Shown here piece by piece: positions 24,382-38,085 of a stretch of 64,000 nt of DNA. Numbering within the stretch: the stretch's first letter is position 1; every line of letters starts with the position of its first letter. The notes below the pieces were generated by a model. It did not search any database. It was not told the DNA's origin and worked only from the letters and a program-made list of their open reading frames with translations. Source of the stretch: Tubiluchus corallicola (taxonomy: Eukaryota; Animalia; Priapulida); contig JAQGDQ010000048.1 of NCBI GenBank assembly GCA_030141605.1, forward strand, positions 372,001-436,000, in the 5' to 3' direction. Both the position numbers and the translations under genes were made by a program.

Positions 24382-27300
24382 ATCACTGACATTCACTTAA
24401 AATTAACCATCCAATGCAAATCAAATCTATTCGGCTTAGAATTTACCCGCATTTAGTTATAATGGCCCCCACTGGTAGTTACTGATGAGACAAAGACTGT
24501 CAATGAAATCATAATTTTAATTATACAAACACGACTGTAAATTGTTTTGTATAACACCCTGTAATTTGTTTGATGAAAACAAATGTTTTCCAGACAAGAT
24601 GATGCACAACAGCCAGCTTGAACTATATGAAATACTTGCACCGAGTTGCACAGTCAGCTTAGCTGGAGTATGTTGCTGCTGTTTGTTTGTTCAATATAAC
24701 AGCTGAATTGGCAATGGAATCTCGGCTAGTGTAGCACCACGCATGAGGCACAGGAAGACTTGCAATCACATAACTGCTGAAGAAAGTCTTGAGTACAACA
24801 AAAGCAAGCATGATATGCAAGTTAACATATCCTTTGTTTTACTCACAGTTGTTTTTTACAGGTTAGAAATTGTTCATTCACTAAACACTAAACTTAGAAA
24901 ATACAACTTGCAATTTACTAATTATTTATTACATAAACGTCATCATTTATAGATAATAAACGCATGATAAATATAAATTACCAAGCAGCATGCATTGATC
25001 ATGATCAACATTTCAGCAACAAAATGTTGATACAAATAAATCTTCCATGTAATGTTGTCACTTTGAAATTCGTTATAACACAAAATTACAATAAGTTCTA
25101 TACAATTAATTATGTCATAATTGCCAAGACTCACGCAGGAGAAAAATTTGCTGGCACTGCAGGGTATTTATTACATTTCTCAAATGCTAAAAACATCTTC
25201 AATCGTTTAAATGCAATAAAGTATATACAAGTTGTTGCTGATAGGACAAATCTGAACAGTGATTTTAAAGTTTTGGCAAAGCAGTGAAAAGTGTAAGGCT
25301 CAATGTAAATTTTCTTAAACTTATCTGGACATGAGCAAGTACTATCTAAAATTCTCATCTACAGTGTTTTACATCACAATACTTCTTTAGTTCATTAACC
25401 TGTACGTTCAAAGCATTTGCAAATGCCCCTGACAAAAAATGATTTTGTTTATAATATATACATATTATCATTCCCATGAAACAATTTCCTGTTGTAATGC
25501 ATCCAGTAAGTCTTCAAAAATCACAGGTGTGATATCTTAGACAAATTCTTAAAGTTTTCTTATGGCTTAAAGCTGTCCAAATGAAGACAATAACTGACTT
25601 AATTCCCACATTTTTTACTAAAATTTAACCTACATAATTATAACTGAAATTATGCCAACTTTCTCACAAATTTAGCACAAATGTAACAATTTTTTTTGTG
25701 AAAAAGTTGATTCCATATTGCATTATTTGCTATAATTCACATTCAATTCTAATAATTGTTTATCAATACTTGTAATTGCATTTTAGTGCTTCATAATAAG
25801 CTCACAGATGTAAAAAACTTATTTTTTCCAATTATCCTAATTCAAGTACAATTTCACTACATTTCTCTATCCTCTATCAAGTGATGTATTTACGTGATTG
25901 CATGCACCATAACTTTTGACACACTGTATTATATGCCTCAAGTTGCAACATTTTGACTAAAATAAAAAAAACATTGCTTTAATACATGATTACAAAATGT
26001 TAATATTTAAAACAAATGAAAAAATTAAGGCAAGGTTATACAAAGAAAAGGAAAATATTCCAGTGTTTTTAAAGAAAGGACAAAGTACCTAATGTTTTTT
26101 AGAACTATGTTTAGACCAAGTCCTTAAATAGGCTGACGTACAGCCTGCTGTGGTCACCACGTAGAGTTAAATGGATTGAAGTTAAACAAACACTACAGTC
26201 AATGAACTCAGTCGAAACCAATGTGCCAATTGCATAGTACATGCGTTTCGAATAATTACAGTTAAACAAAAAAGTTACACAAAATAGGTTGATTCAGCTG
26301 GAATAGATCATTCAGCAGCAAGAAAACTAGCAACTGCTGTATGTAAAAATTACTTAATGAACTTATAAAACAAAGGTCTACAATACATGTATGTTTCCCA
26401 AGAACAGCTGTGAAAAAGCACAGGCACTATAAACAATACTACTTTCACAATGCATACTCTCTTCACATGCAGACTTATGCTAGCATGATACCAAATTTTC
26501 ACGTAAATTTATTTAACTGAACCGCATGCAAATCGTACTACTTGAAACAAATTGCCAATAAAAAAACTCTGCGAAATCAAATGTGCCTTGCTTTTCTAAA
26601 TAGTCTTCAAAAATCAACATTCCAAACACAATTAGGCCTTACATTTTTAAACAATGGTCCAAAGCCTCAGAACATCCATCCTGTATACAAAACAATTCGA
26701 ACGAAAGACGACTAAGTTTGTATGATTAGATTTGCAACCTAATGACCAATACCCTAGTCATTTACTGACCAGAGATAGGTTTGAAAGCAATCTGAGGGGT
26801 CTGTTCTTGCAAAACTTGTCTTTTAAAAAGTGTAAAGAGAAAACACAAATGAGACTGAATAAGTAAAATTTTTAATATCTAAAAAAGCAAGGGCAGATCT
26901 AATTGCAAAAAGGGAAGAAAGAAAACAGTAATTGGAGTCTCCATGAAATGTGGACACTAGGCAAATCCCAGTTAGCTACCCCGAGGTTATTTCTGCTCTT
27001 AAATCTAATGAAATGTGATTTTAAGTTCAATCTTAACTGTGCTCTAAATTACTTAAATGAAATACTGTTCTTACAGAGCAATCATGTATTTTCTTCGCAT
27101 GACACAATGCAAATACCCATGGGAAAACACAACAAACGTAATTCCTACATCACATGCAAGTTTCTCTAAGTAAGGCTATCTAATCAAATGGGCAGATTTA
27201 CAATAAAATACAAGTCATTGGTATAACATAGTTATCTGTACAAAGTAAGTAAAAGAAAGCTATATATTGCATCAAATGTATCAAAAACTGTTGACATACA

Positions 27301-28015
27301 CATATACTTAAAAGTTTAAATTAATTAATATCTACGTTCAGATAATGATTGCTACGATCAATTATTCTCAATTCAAATTTTATGCATAAATGAACGTATT
27401 GAATTGCAATTCCTAAATACTTGTGCCAAGGCCGTATTTAAAATTTGTGTATACGACTGATGAAGGCATGTATTTGAAGGACAAAAAGTTATCTGTACAG
27501 GTTTCAAAAATCTCACATCTGTTCAAAACTTGATGCAAACAACTGACAAAAGGTTTGCAAAACAATTTTATTACTAAAAAGTTCAAAAGTTTTGCCAACT
27601 AAAACATTACAAAAATACCACAAAATTAATGAGGGGTACATTGCAGGATTTCTCACAAAAGTTGAAAATTGTATCAAACATTCACTAAAAAAGGTACATT
27701 GCTATTTCAACAAGACCGCTAGAATGCCTAGAGAAAAACAACATAGCACAGCCTGGATAAGCATAGATCATTTTAACTTATACCTCCAACTTTCTAGTCA
27801 ACAAAATGAGTTTCCTCTAAACACAGTCATTTATTACATACTACTCAGATTTTTGGCGGTCCTAATCTTCTGAAAGTAATTTTTAACAAAAAAAAAATGC
27901 AGGATTTGCACGTAAAAAATCCCAAGAAAGTAAACAATACACAATAACCTGGCTTCTCTTCAACAACTGTTTTTTACACTGTAGGGGAAGGCACCACAGT
28001 TGATCAGCCGCAGCT

Positions 28016-31000
28016 TCATACCAAAGTTAGCGCCCCGGCAGCGTAGCTCACAGAAGAATCATGAAAGCTCATACACTGATTGGACTGCGCATATTTTAGA
28101 AATTTTAAGTTCGTCTTTGTGCCATTTTTACTGTTTCGTCGTAACGAATCCACGGCCTGAAAAAACAATTAAAGATTAAAAGTCATACGAAAAGCCAACT
28201 TCTGCTTGAGTTTTGACTTTTTCAAGTGCACATTTAATAAACACGAGCACCCATACACAGAAACTTTCTTCATTTACCCTTATGCTTCAGTGTCTATAAC
28301 TAATGCCATAGTCATAGGAACTTACAAGTGTATTAACTAAAATATAGTAATTCTAGTGATCATTATTAAGACTTCAATTGCATTATTTAGAAAACACTGT
28401 ACTGTTTTTAAAAATTAAAGTAAAATGTATAGTGTTCATTTGCAGTACTATGTGTACAGGAGAACAGAAAGTAATTTTATACCGATATTATATTTTTTCC
28501 GCAAAATTTTACCAAAATGACAAAATGGGAAACTTCAAATTTGTTTTTACCTCAGATCTTTTGAAATTTCCAATATTTAATAGTTGCACAATGTAAGTGC
28601 AAAGCCAATTGCAGGAAAGAAGTTGCTAGTGAAAGTGCAGCAACGTAAATGTAAAAAAATGCCAGCCAAATGGTAATAAAATTTGTAATAATGGAACATT
28701 TAAAACAAATATAGTGCACAACAGTAGAAAGTAAAATTTTAGAACACTTTCCAGTATAGTGGATTGGTGATTAAGATTCTTTTTTAGAGAATGTTATGGC
28801 AACGCTTGCCACAACTTCATGAATTTCAGCGCACAGCCTGTCCCAAAAATAATTAAATGCATACTTCATGAGAACATGTGTATAATTGTTTATATAAAAC
28901 ACACTGAGAATAACGTAGTAACTCTCTAATTAGGAAATGCCCTTCTGCACAAAAAGATTTCTGTCTACATCCCAGCAAACAGATTCAACAGTTTTGCCAA
29001 GGGTTAATGTAAAAGCATAACAATGACCACTGTATAATACACACTATTTTGTGACAATGACTTACATTCAGGAGCACTGCTATGGGATGTCTACCACATA
29101 TTGTATTTTGGAATTGTCGCAAATAGTCTCCAAAACCAAGCGGATCCAATTTCTCAATCATATCCATGCCCTGCAATTTGCAATATTGGAGTAAAAGGGA
29201 AAAAGATCACTAACTCGCATTGTAAAAAGCTTGCATACTGTCAAGCAGGAAATATTGGAGTAAAAAGAAAAAAAACGCTAACTAAACAGCTGTGTCACAA
29301 TTGGATGTTTAAACTGTGGCTCTGATAAGAGAGTCATATCAGCAGTGTTGCACCTGATTAATGAGAGGATCAACTGACCCATTGCCACTGGTGCCTGACC
29401 TATAATCTAACAACCATGCAATGAATGTGCATTGACCACATATGGTAGCGCAAAGTCTAAATTCTTGGTTCATAGCAGATCATATGCCTTTGCATGTAAT
29501 TTACCTCCAACAAGAATTACAGTGACAATTAATAAAACGTTGCAAGAAGTTGACTTATTTAATACAACACCAAATGTTCATAATTAATCCACAGGACAGA
29601 TGAGGTGCCCTTCTACAATAGAAAACAAACTATAAATAAATTAAAAATAAATTATGTTTTAAACTAATGTAAATGCAGTGAAACATTCTGTTTGTTCACT
29701 TGCAATGCTCACGGGAAGCGCATTGCAAATCATAAAGCTTTTTGACTAACTTTTTCTATAAGGGCAACGGTAGGATCGTTTTACATAACACAATCTTACA
29801 AAATAGAGATGCAGGATAAATTCAGTAACAGGCATAAACTAAAAAGGGTTTCAAAGAGACACATGCAGACAAACATGCTAATAAGTGTGAAAAACAGCAT
29901 TGCGCAGGTCTACAAGTATGGTTTCTTCATATTCCGTTAGTTCACTGGAAAAATTCCTTGATCCGCTTCATTTTATTTATAAGTAGTCAAACTTCTTCAG
30001 TGCATTCTTCAGATAAACAATAACTTACCCTCCTATCCAGTTTCTCAATGGATTGATATATATCACCGTGACCTTCATCATAATATGTGAATCGAAATCT
30101 CTTCCCTATAAGATGCAACAAATAAGCATCAATTATTCACTGAATAAATGCCAAGGCAAGTTGATCAAGCTTAATTTTAACAAGAATTTTTGTGATTACT
30201 TCTAATCCCAAACAAGAACTCAAAGTAACAGTTTTGTATTTTGAGATTAGTCACTAACCTTCACACTTGGAATAAAGCAACCTTTAGCTACACTTACAAT
30301 GATATCAGTTGTTGAGAAAATAAAAACGAAATTATCCCTAGAAACTTAGAAAAGACTACCCAGTTGTATGCACTTTTATCAAGAATTTTTTTATGAAGAG
30401 TCAGTCTTGTATGGTACACATTCCATGCTTAAGCCAGCCATCCAAGCATTCCCAAGAGCTAAGCAGTCAAGACAATGCATTAAAAGTCATTTTCCAGGGA
30501 AACAAGCCACATCGACATTTAATATTTACTTTCTTACCCCAGTGGCAAAAATCAGAAGATATTACAAAAAGAGACGAAGAATCTTCTAAATATCGTTTAA
30601 ATATTTCCCCATATTCCTGTTCTCTTTCACTGGAAAGTGAACCAACCAGTACTGGAATTATCCTGAATTGTCCCTGAAAGCTAAAAGTAAAAATGTATAT
30701 GAACAAGGTACGAAAAGTTCTTCACAGAAATCAGTATCAAATTTTTTGCAGTTTTTAATAAATTTCAATTATTTTTGTCTTCTTGCTCTATTACAATTTA
30801 TTATAAAGGCAAGATTTCCTAAGCATTCACTTATCTATGTATTACTCTAAATTACCGTTAGAACTGTGTGAACCACTGCAGACAAAATGAGTAGTACAAA
30901 AGTTCCAGTAAAACAAAAACCAAAATTTACATACTTTTCCATGACTTTGGCTATAAACGGCAACTGCATTTCTATGCTATGCTCATCTTCGTCTGTCGAT

Positions 31001-34000
31001 CGTGACATCATTTCGAAAGACCCGGTGGCTTTTAAAGCTTCATACACTGAAAAACATGGACAGCAAATGTGCAATGATAACAGTTACGCTCTTTTGAAAT
31101 TAAAAATGCATTTTAGCCTGGCTGATTAACAAAGTGAAGTCACTGTGTCCATTTTCGACAGACGTTAGCTAAATAACAAAATAATTTCAAGTAATATTAG
31201 CCTGTGCTATAACACTGTTCAATGGAAAAATAGTTATAACAGGTCTATTTTCACTTGGGACCAGCTGTATCTTGGCAAACTAGGTAGGTGACTAGGGCGG
31301 CAATTCTCCAAGTAATTCTTTAATTTTTAAGTTTAGTTTTAGTATAAGTAATAATATAATGTATATGTAATAGCTTAAGTGCACAACACTTTAATTTAAT
31401 AGTGCTTGTGTTATTTTCCTGTCAAAATATATGATTCATTGCTGCTAGCCTGTCTTCACCATTGGCTTTACCTGGCTTCCTAAAATTTGGTCATTGTATG
31501 CCGACACAGTATGCTGTACTGATGCATTCCATGCTTTTGCCCAATTTATACTGTATGCATAGAGCAGCAGAGAAAGTAACGACTCCCTCCGTTAGTAAAA
31601 AAGTTGCTTGCAAAAGCATTTATCTAACTATTGCAGATAAACTTACAGAAAGTCTTCAGGAGTGTAATACAGGACACAGCTGGCAGACACAGAGCAGCTA
31701 AATGATTCACATATAAATTAATTTAAAACCAAATCAAAGTTATGGTTGTGAAAATAATGAAACTAGTGAAATGGACATATGTGAAAAAGAGGAGTTAGGG
31801 TTTTAAAAAAAATTTTGATGAAAAGGCTGAGTGAAAATTTAGCTAAGAATATGTGTACGAAGAGTGTGTGCTAACAAGAAATTACAGAAATTTTGATTGC
31901 TCCTGAAGACTTAATATGCATAATAGCATAATAAATTAAATTTCAAATGAAATTCAGCATAAGCTGTAGATAAGTAATTAATTACAGGTAATTAGCATAC
32001 TGCAGTGCCTGTGTAAGCCTAACACACTGTGCCATTATACTATATTATATCCAACAAAAATTCAATTTTGTGGGTGAGGTACGTGAGGGATGGGGTTAGT
32101 CATTTTGAGGGGGTGCTAAAAACACTTTTGCCTAGGGTGCAGAGAGATGCTAACCTGCATAATAAGCAATACTGCATGTCGTACAATCAAATGCAGTTTT
32201 TGTAGTGTACAATACACATCCATAGACAGCCTCACAATTTGCTCGTAGCTGATTTCTCTGTGCATGAACACAGTAATGTATAAACAATGATAATCAGTGC
32301 TACCATTACAGTAACTGATAATAATACTTCTAACTGTATTAAACAGCTCAATTATAATGTTTAAACATGCAAAGAACACCTCCTAGCAGCTTTAAAATGA
32401 AATACCACCAGACAATGAAGATGCCTGATTCGATTCCAGATAATGTAAGCACTAACACTTTCAAGTGACTGCTAATTCCTTGTGGCAGCATATTTCTCAC
32501 TTACAAAGGTAGATAACGTCATGTCTTGCAAATGGCACATTGAAACAGTCACAAGGGTACATTAGTAAACTTGGCAGCAGTTTCACTGCAACTTAATGGC
32601 ACCTTTGCAACTGTCAACACATCTTACAACGGTTCTAACTCTTTGTTGACTTACCAGACAAATCAATATGGAGATCGTACAGTGGAGTTCTATAAGTAGT
32701 ACAGCTGGACAGAGCGCAGCCAGAAAGACGTACGTGATGCGAAGGCCCCAAGATAAAAATCCGCTTCCTGCACAACACGTAGCAAAACTTTATATTATTT
32801 GGCAGATGCAGATTAAAACAATTCGAAAGGGGAATGCAAATTTTTGCCATTATAAAAACAGAAAGCACAAAAAGCAATTAGTAAGTAAAAAATAAAACCA
32901 AATAACAAGCTCAATAACGACCCACTTGTCACACAACTAGCATTCAGATGATGACACATAATATTCTGATATATTATAAGTAGCCATTCAAAATAACGCA
33001 TAATCAGTTTTCCTCCATTGAAAATGTACTTTTCTATTACAATATTACAACAAATTAAACACACTTAAATCTGATATACTATTGCACAGGCATGGACAAA
33101 AGAAACAGCTAGTAAAGAGAGTATTAAATGATAACTTTCAAATGAGTCGATATGCTTAGTGCATTATAACTTGAAAATAGTAGGAGCAAAATAGTAGGTG
33201 AGAGCTTGTAAATAAAGACAAATTAGCTACTTACACATTGGCTGGATTGATTTGTTTGTAAGCATAAGCAGCACAAGCTCCACAGTAAGCATAACCAGCA
33301 TGCCTAAAATTCACAAAACTTGTAAATACATGTACCGTATATATAATCGAAATTATTCAGCTTTGCACCTAGAAAAGTTTTTTGACAAAATGTACTTAAT
33401 TTCCTGAGCAAATATCTTGTTACATGAATATGTAAGTTAAGAAGACTTTAACCTGTTTTTAACTAGTGGCAACTGGCAATAGTATTTACATATTCTGCAA
33501 TATCACTGCCTTCAAAACTACTAACTTTGGTAGTTTTTAAAGCATCCGTAAATGACAGTTGTATAGAGAGTATGTACAGATATACACAGTATAAACATCA
33601 GACAAAAGCTTATCTCTCCCCAGACCATATTAAAATAATCTAAAAACAAAAACTGAACAAAGTTTTAAGAAGAACTTACGGTGCAACAATAGCTCTTGCA
33701 GGGCAATGTGTCGCCATAGCCTTGTCAAGCCAACACTGTAGTTGCAGGTCTAAATCTCGTGCTACAAAGAAAATAAAAATAATTTTTATCAAATAAAATT
33801 GCTACTATTAAAAAAAATTAATTGTAACGCTGATTTCCCAGCAATTTCGTTGCACTTTCCTTGCAATGTCCATCAATTTTCCAGTTCACTGCAGCCAGGC
33901 ATACAAAAAACTAACCTAAAAGACCACACTATAAAACAAAGTAACTTTAAGTTCTTAAAAATAATATATATAAAGACAAGGTACTTGTCATATACAAGGC

Positions 34001-34825
34001 ATGATTTAGGTACAAGTCATACACATGTAGCTCAGTTATGCATCAGACTAAATCGAATATCATGGTCTGTAGTCTATACCTGCACAGGAATGAATTTAAT
34101 GGAACTTGTATCACATTTTACTAGGCCTACCCATTTTCCTGTGTTCGTTGTTCATTTTGGTTACCGCTACATGAGTTTCAAGAAATACGGAATGTATTTA
34201 TTATCGTAATTTTACCTACACGAAAAAATGCAAACAAACATACTGCATATATGATGCCGCATCTTTTGTTGTAAAATGCATTATTTGTTTGCCAGTGCAA
34301 TAATGCAACATGCAATTTTGTTGGTTACTTTTAACTTTTAACCAGATGCCACAGTTAATTGATTTTCAATCATGCCTAGCATCTGCAAAATCCCATGACG
34401 ACTGCAGTGCAGTGCATAGTCACTCCTCATGATTGCTGCTTGACAAACTTACAAAGTGTTTCGCTTTGTTACATTGAGACTAAGTGAAAACTGAAAACCG
34501 AAAATCCAGAAAAAATTGCTAATCAAATAAAAAGTTGATTAGCAGCAGGTGCTAAGCAAGTTGGAACAATTAAATTTAAAACTGCAGCAATCTGTATCTA
34601 GTATACATTGAAGTTAAAAATACCTTGTAACTAGCAACTATTTGGTACTCCCAAAATTCTGCTTTGATTGCAGATGACCAGCACAGCCTGCCAATTGATG
34701 TACAGGCAATGCGTAAACTTTAGACATTTTATAAAATTCCTAGGAATTTTATATAATACCTAATCATCTTGGTAAAAGTGTGAAAGAAATGTTTTTGCTG
34801 TGACTCTTTCACACCTTGCCCAGAT

Positions 34826-34909
<84 letters not shown>

Positions 34910-36637
34910 GTCCAACAACCTGTTTATCACTCGATCTGTCTACCTATCTATCTATCCACCGACCAACTGACTGGATTCAAATTCACACATTCCGTAAAAT
35001 AAAACTAGCATTATATAAAATGCCTAGGAAAATTATATCAGAACAATTGAATATATCTGTTTTATTTTTAGATTAACTACAATTTAATCAGCATTCTATA
35101 AAATGCCTAGGAAAAGCATATTCAAAATCTAAGAATTACACACTTTGCCTAGACAAACTCTTGCATTATATATAATGCCTACAAAAAGTGTAGGAGCTAT
35201 TAGATACCTTACCTGGTATATTTTGGTACTCTATAAAATGCTACTCTATAGACATTCTATAGAATACCCTATTTCACACTGTGCCTGTAACACATACATT
35301 TCGCAGTTTAGTTTTAGATATGCAGTCACTGTATCACCATCAAAAATAAACTTATAATAATTAAATATAATAATGTTAAGTACTTTGTACACATTAGGCA
35401 ATAAATACATAAATTTATGAAATAAAAAAATATAAGTTGTTATCTTTGCAGGAGATTTTACACAATTCAATGACTGACTTCATTAATCTGATAGGTAATT
35501 TCCCAACGAGATACTGAGCCGATCAAGTATTTTCACCTCTTGCCTTCAAATTGCTAACAACTCGAGCATTGCCATGGTTTTGCTGTTTGGAGCCATTTAT
35601 GCAAGACAAACCACATTGTTAAATATTGCATACAAGGTTAATTTAATCATTATAATTATTATAATTATATTTTTAGCTGGTCTCCATTTTTACTAACAAA
35701 TTTTTGCTTTATCAGACAATTTATGTTTGATATTGTGAACCTGAACATTAAGATATTCAAATAAATTAAAAATAAGTAATGTCAACTTGAATTCCAATTA
35801 CCAAATTTAAGTTTGAATACTATTTTTACAAGACAGATGATGCAACAATAAGTCAAGCTCTTCTGGCATGAGAGGAGATAATGCATATAAACAAACCTAC
35901 TGGAAACTATTGAGAAATGGAGAAAAATGTAGATGATGAAAATAAAGCTAACATTATTGATTATAATTTTTGGTGGCCTTTGACAATCAAAAGCTTTTCA
36001 GTTTTACCAAATTTCAAATATTTGGTATTAGAGGCCACGTACTTCATTGGATTCATAGTTTCCTAAAACAGAAATCTCAAAAGATTGATGTTATCAAACT
36101 CAAATGCAGACATTTTTTATTCCTGCCTATTTTTTGTGATCTTATGCATCAAAAACCATTTAAAATGTATTCTATTATTATAATTTGTGTCATCACGACA
36201 GATGCAAATAGATTTTACAGGGAATTCTTCAGCTGTTCTTTTTTAATTTTCACTAGAGCAAGGACTGAAGTCTTTTGTTTTTGCATCCAAATCACAAGGC
36301 ACTGCTACTGGTATGGCTCAGATGTACCCGGCATTTTTCTAAGTTCGTTGCAAAATTTTGGTTATTTCTGTTTAGTATCACTGAAAGTTTCACCATTCAA
36401 AACTCATAACTAGGTGAGAAATTTTTATTATAAAACTTTAACCTAAATGCAGTTTTGCTAATATTTATTTTAGGCTATTTAAATAATTCCATTCGCAGTA
36501 CAACCATTCATACATAGCACTAAAAAATTTTGCATTCGTAAATGCTGTCGAATCAAAGTAATAATTATTGCATTACTAAACTCACGATTATCGGTGTACC
36601 AACTGCCAGAATGAGTAGCTCTTCTGTTACTAGACAT
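28016..36637 (-). CDS. MEMO1: Protein MEMO1 (mediator of cell motility), 297 aa, 9 exons
   Basis: Exons 36586-36637, 33680-33761, 33235-33303, 32655-32767, 30935-31046, 30538-30680, 30029-30105, 29066-29170, 28016-28156; 894 nt in frame. Motifs [70 protein letters not shown]. Confidence 0.96.
34827..34906. repeat. (CT)n microsatellite
   Basis: Direct reading; MEMO1 intron 1. Confidence 0.97.
35860..36100 (+). mobile_element. Degenerate LINE reverse-transcriptase fragment
   Basis: Translates to AFD...[20 protein letters not shown], matching the AFD..GIRG..L.WI.SFL..R.Q motif of non-LTR RTs. Confidence 0.55.
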
Positions 36638-37100
36638 TTCAAGTCTTGTGTTCTGATTAGGACTTAGAAAACAAGCAAAACTGCGTGTAAACCGAGCCAG
36701 ACTTTTCACAATAAAGCCGGACGTAAAACAAACTTCGCTTTTGCCTTTAGGGACATAACAGTGATCTAATTTTGAGCCGCAAAATAACGATTAGTTGAAC
36801 AAACCGTTTTCGGTAATCGTCGTTAGCGACTTCACTGCGGACTCAACGCTAACATTTCAAAGAGTCCCTGTAATTCTACTCTTAGGAAAAAATCTTGCAA
36901 AGTTAACGTTAAACACAATTTAGCATAAAAAACTGTTTGTTTACGACGGGAAAGGATGGAAAAATTAGTACAAACAAGGGATGTCAAAGAATGAACCTCA
37001 AACAGAATGGAGGAGATATACGATAATTATGTAATTATGTTAATCTGACTCAAGAACATGTTGAAGGTACATATTCTTGCCAATTACGTTTTCTTTTTTT
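36638..37100. promoter_or_regulatory. Probable divergent promoter region for MEMO1 and GMF
   Basis: Head-to-head gene arrangement, and CpG appears locally enriched against the depleted background. The TSS is not determined. Confidence 0.4.
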
Positions 37101-37324
37101 CAGTCATAAGTATAGTAAACTCACTTATTTAAAAACACGATGTGAGTAGGTAAAATATTGAATGTTTCCTGCATGCTGAAGTATAATTAAAAACACAAAT
37201 CATATGTTTATATTAGATGTTAATTACTTGAGCGTAATTAAGAGGCAAAATTTAATCAAGCATGGATTATTTGTGTATGTACAAATACTTCTTTGCTTTT
37301 CCATTTTTCTCCTTTTAGTTTTTA

Positions 37325-37438
37325 TATCATAATTATTGCTATTATTACTACTACTACTATTATTATTATTATTATTATTATTATCATAATTACTGCTATT
37401 ATTATTACTACTACTACTACTACTATTATTATTATTAA

Positions 37439-37523
<85 letters not shown>

Positions 37524-37525
37524 GG
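37325..37525. repeat. (ATT)n/(ACT)n microsatellite
   Basis: Direct reading. Confidence 0.95.
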
Positions 37526-37570
37526 ATAAACTGCTATCATTACTACTATCTTAGCTATAAAAATGTAGAT

Positions 37571-37818
<248 letters not shown>

Positions 37819-38085
37819 ATTAAAAAAACAAAAAATTTGAAACAAATGTATAAACCCGTTTTAAAACATGTTTTATGATTTTGCTATATCTTCCGCAACA
37901 GCTGTTCTACCGCCTCTGATTATGTTAAATCTCTAATCACAGGTGTAGAGTACACGCTCTCTTATTATTAAAATTTTATGATTAAATTTTCTTAAAATAT
38001 ATTCTTGTGCTTATCTTTTTGTAATTTTTTGTCTTTTTTGTGAAGTAATGGGATCAGCTTGATTGTACAGCAGTGAAAGATCAAA

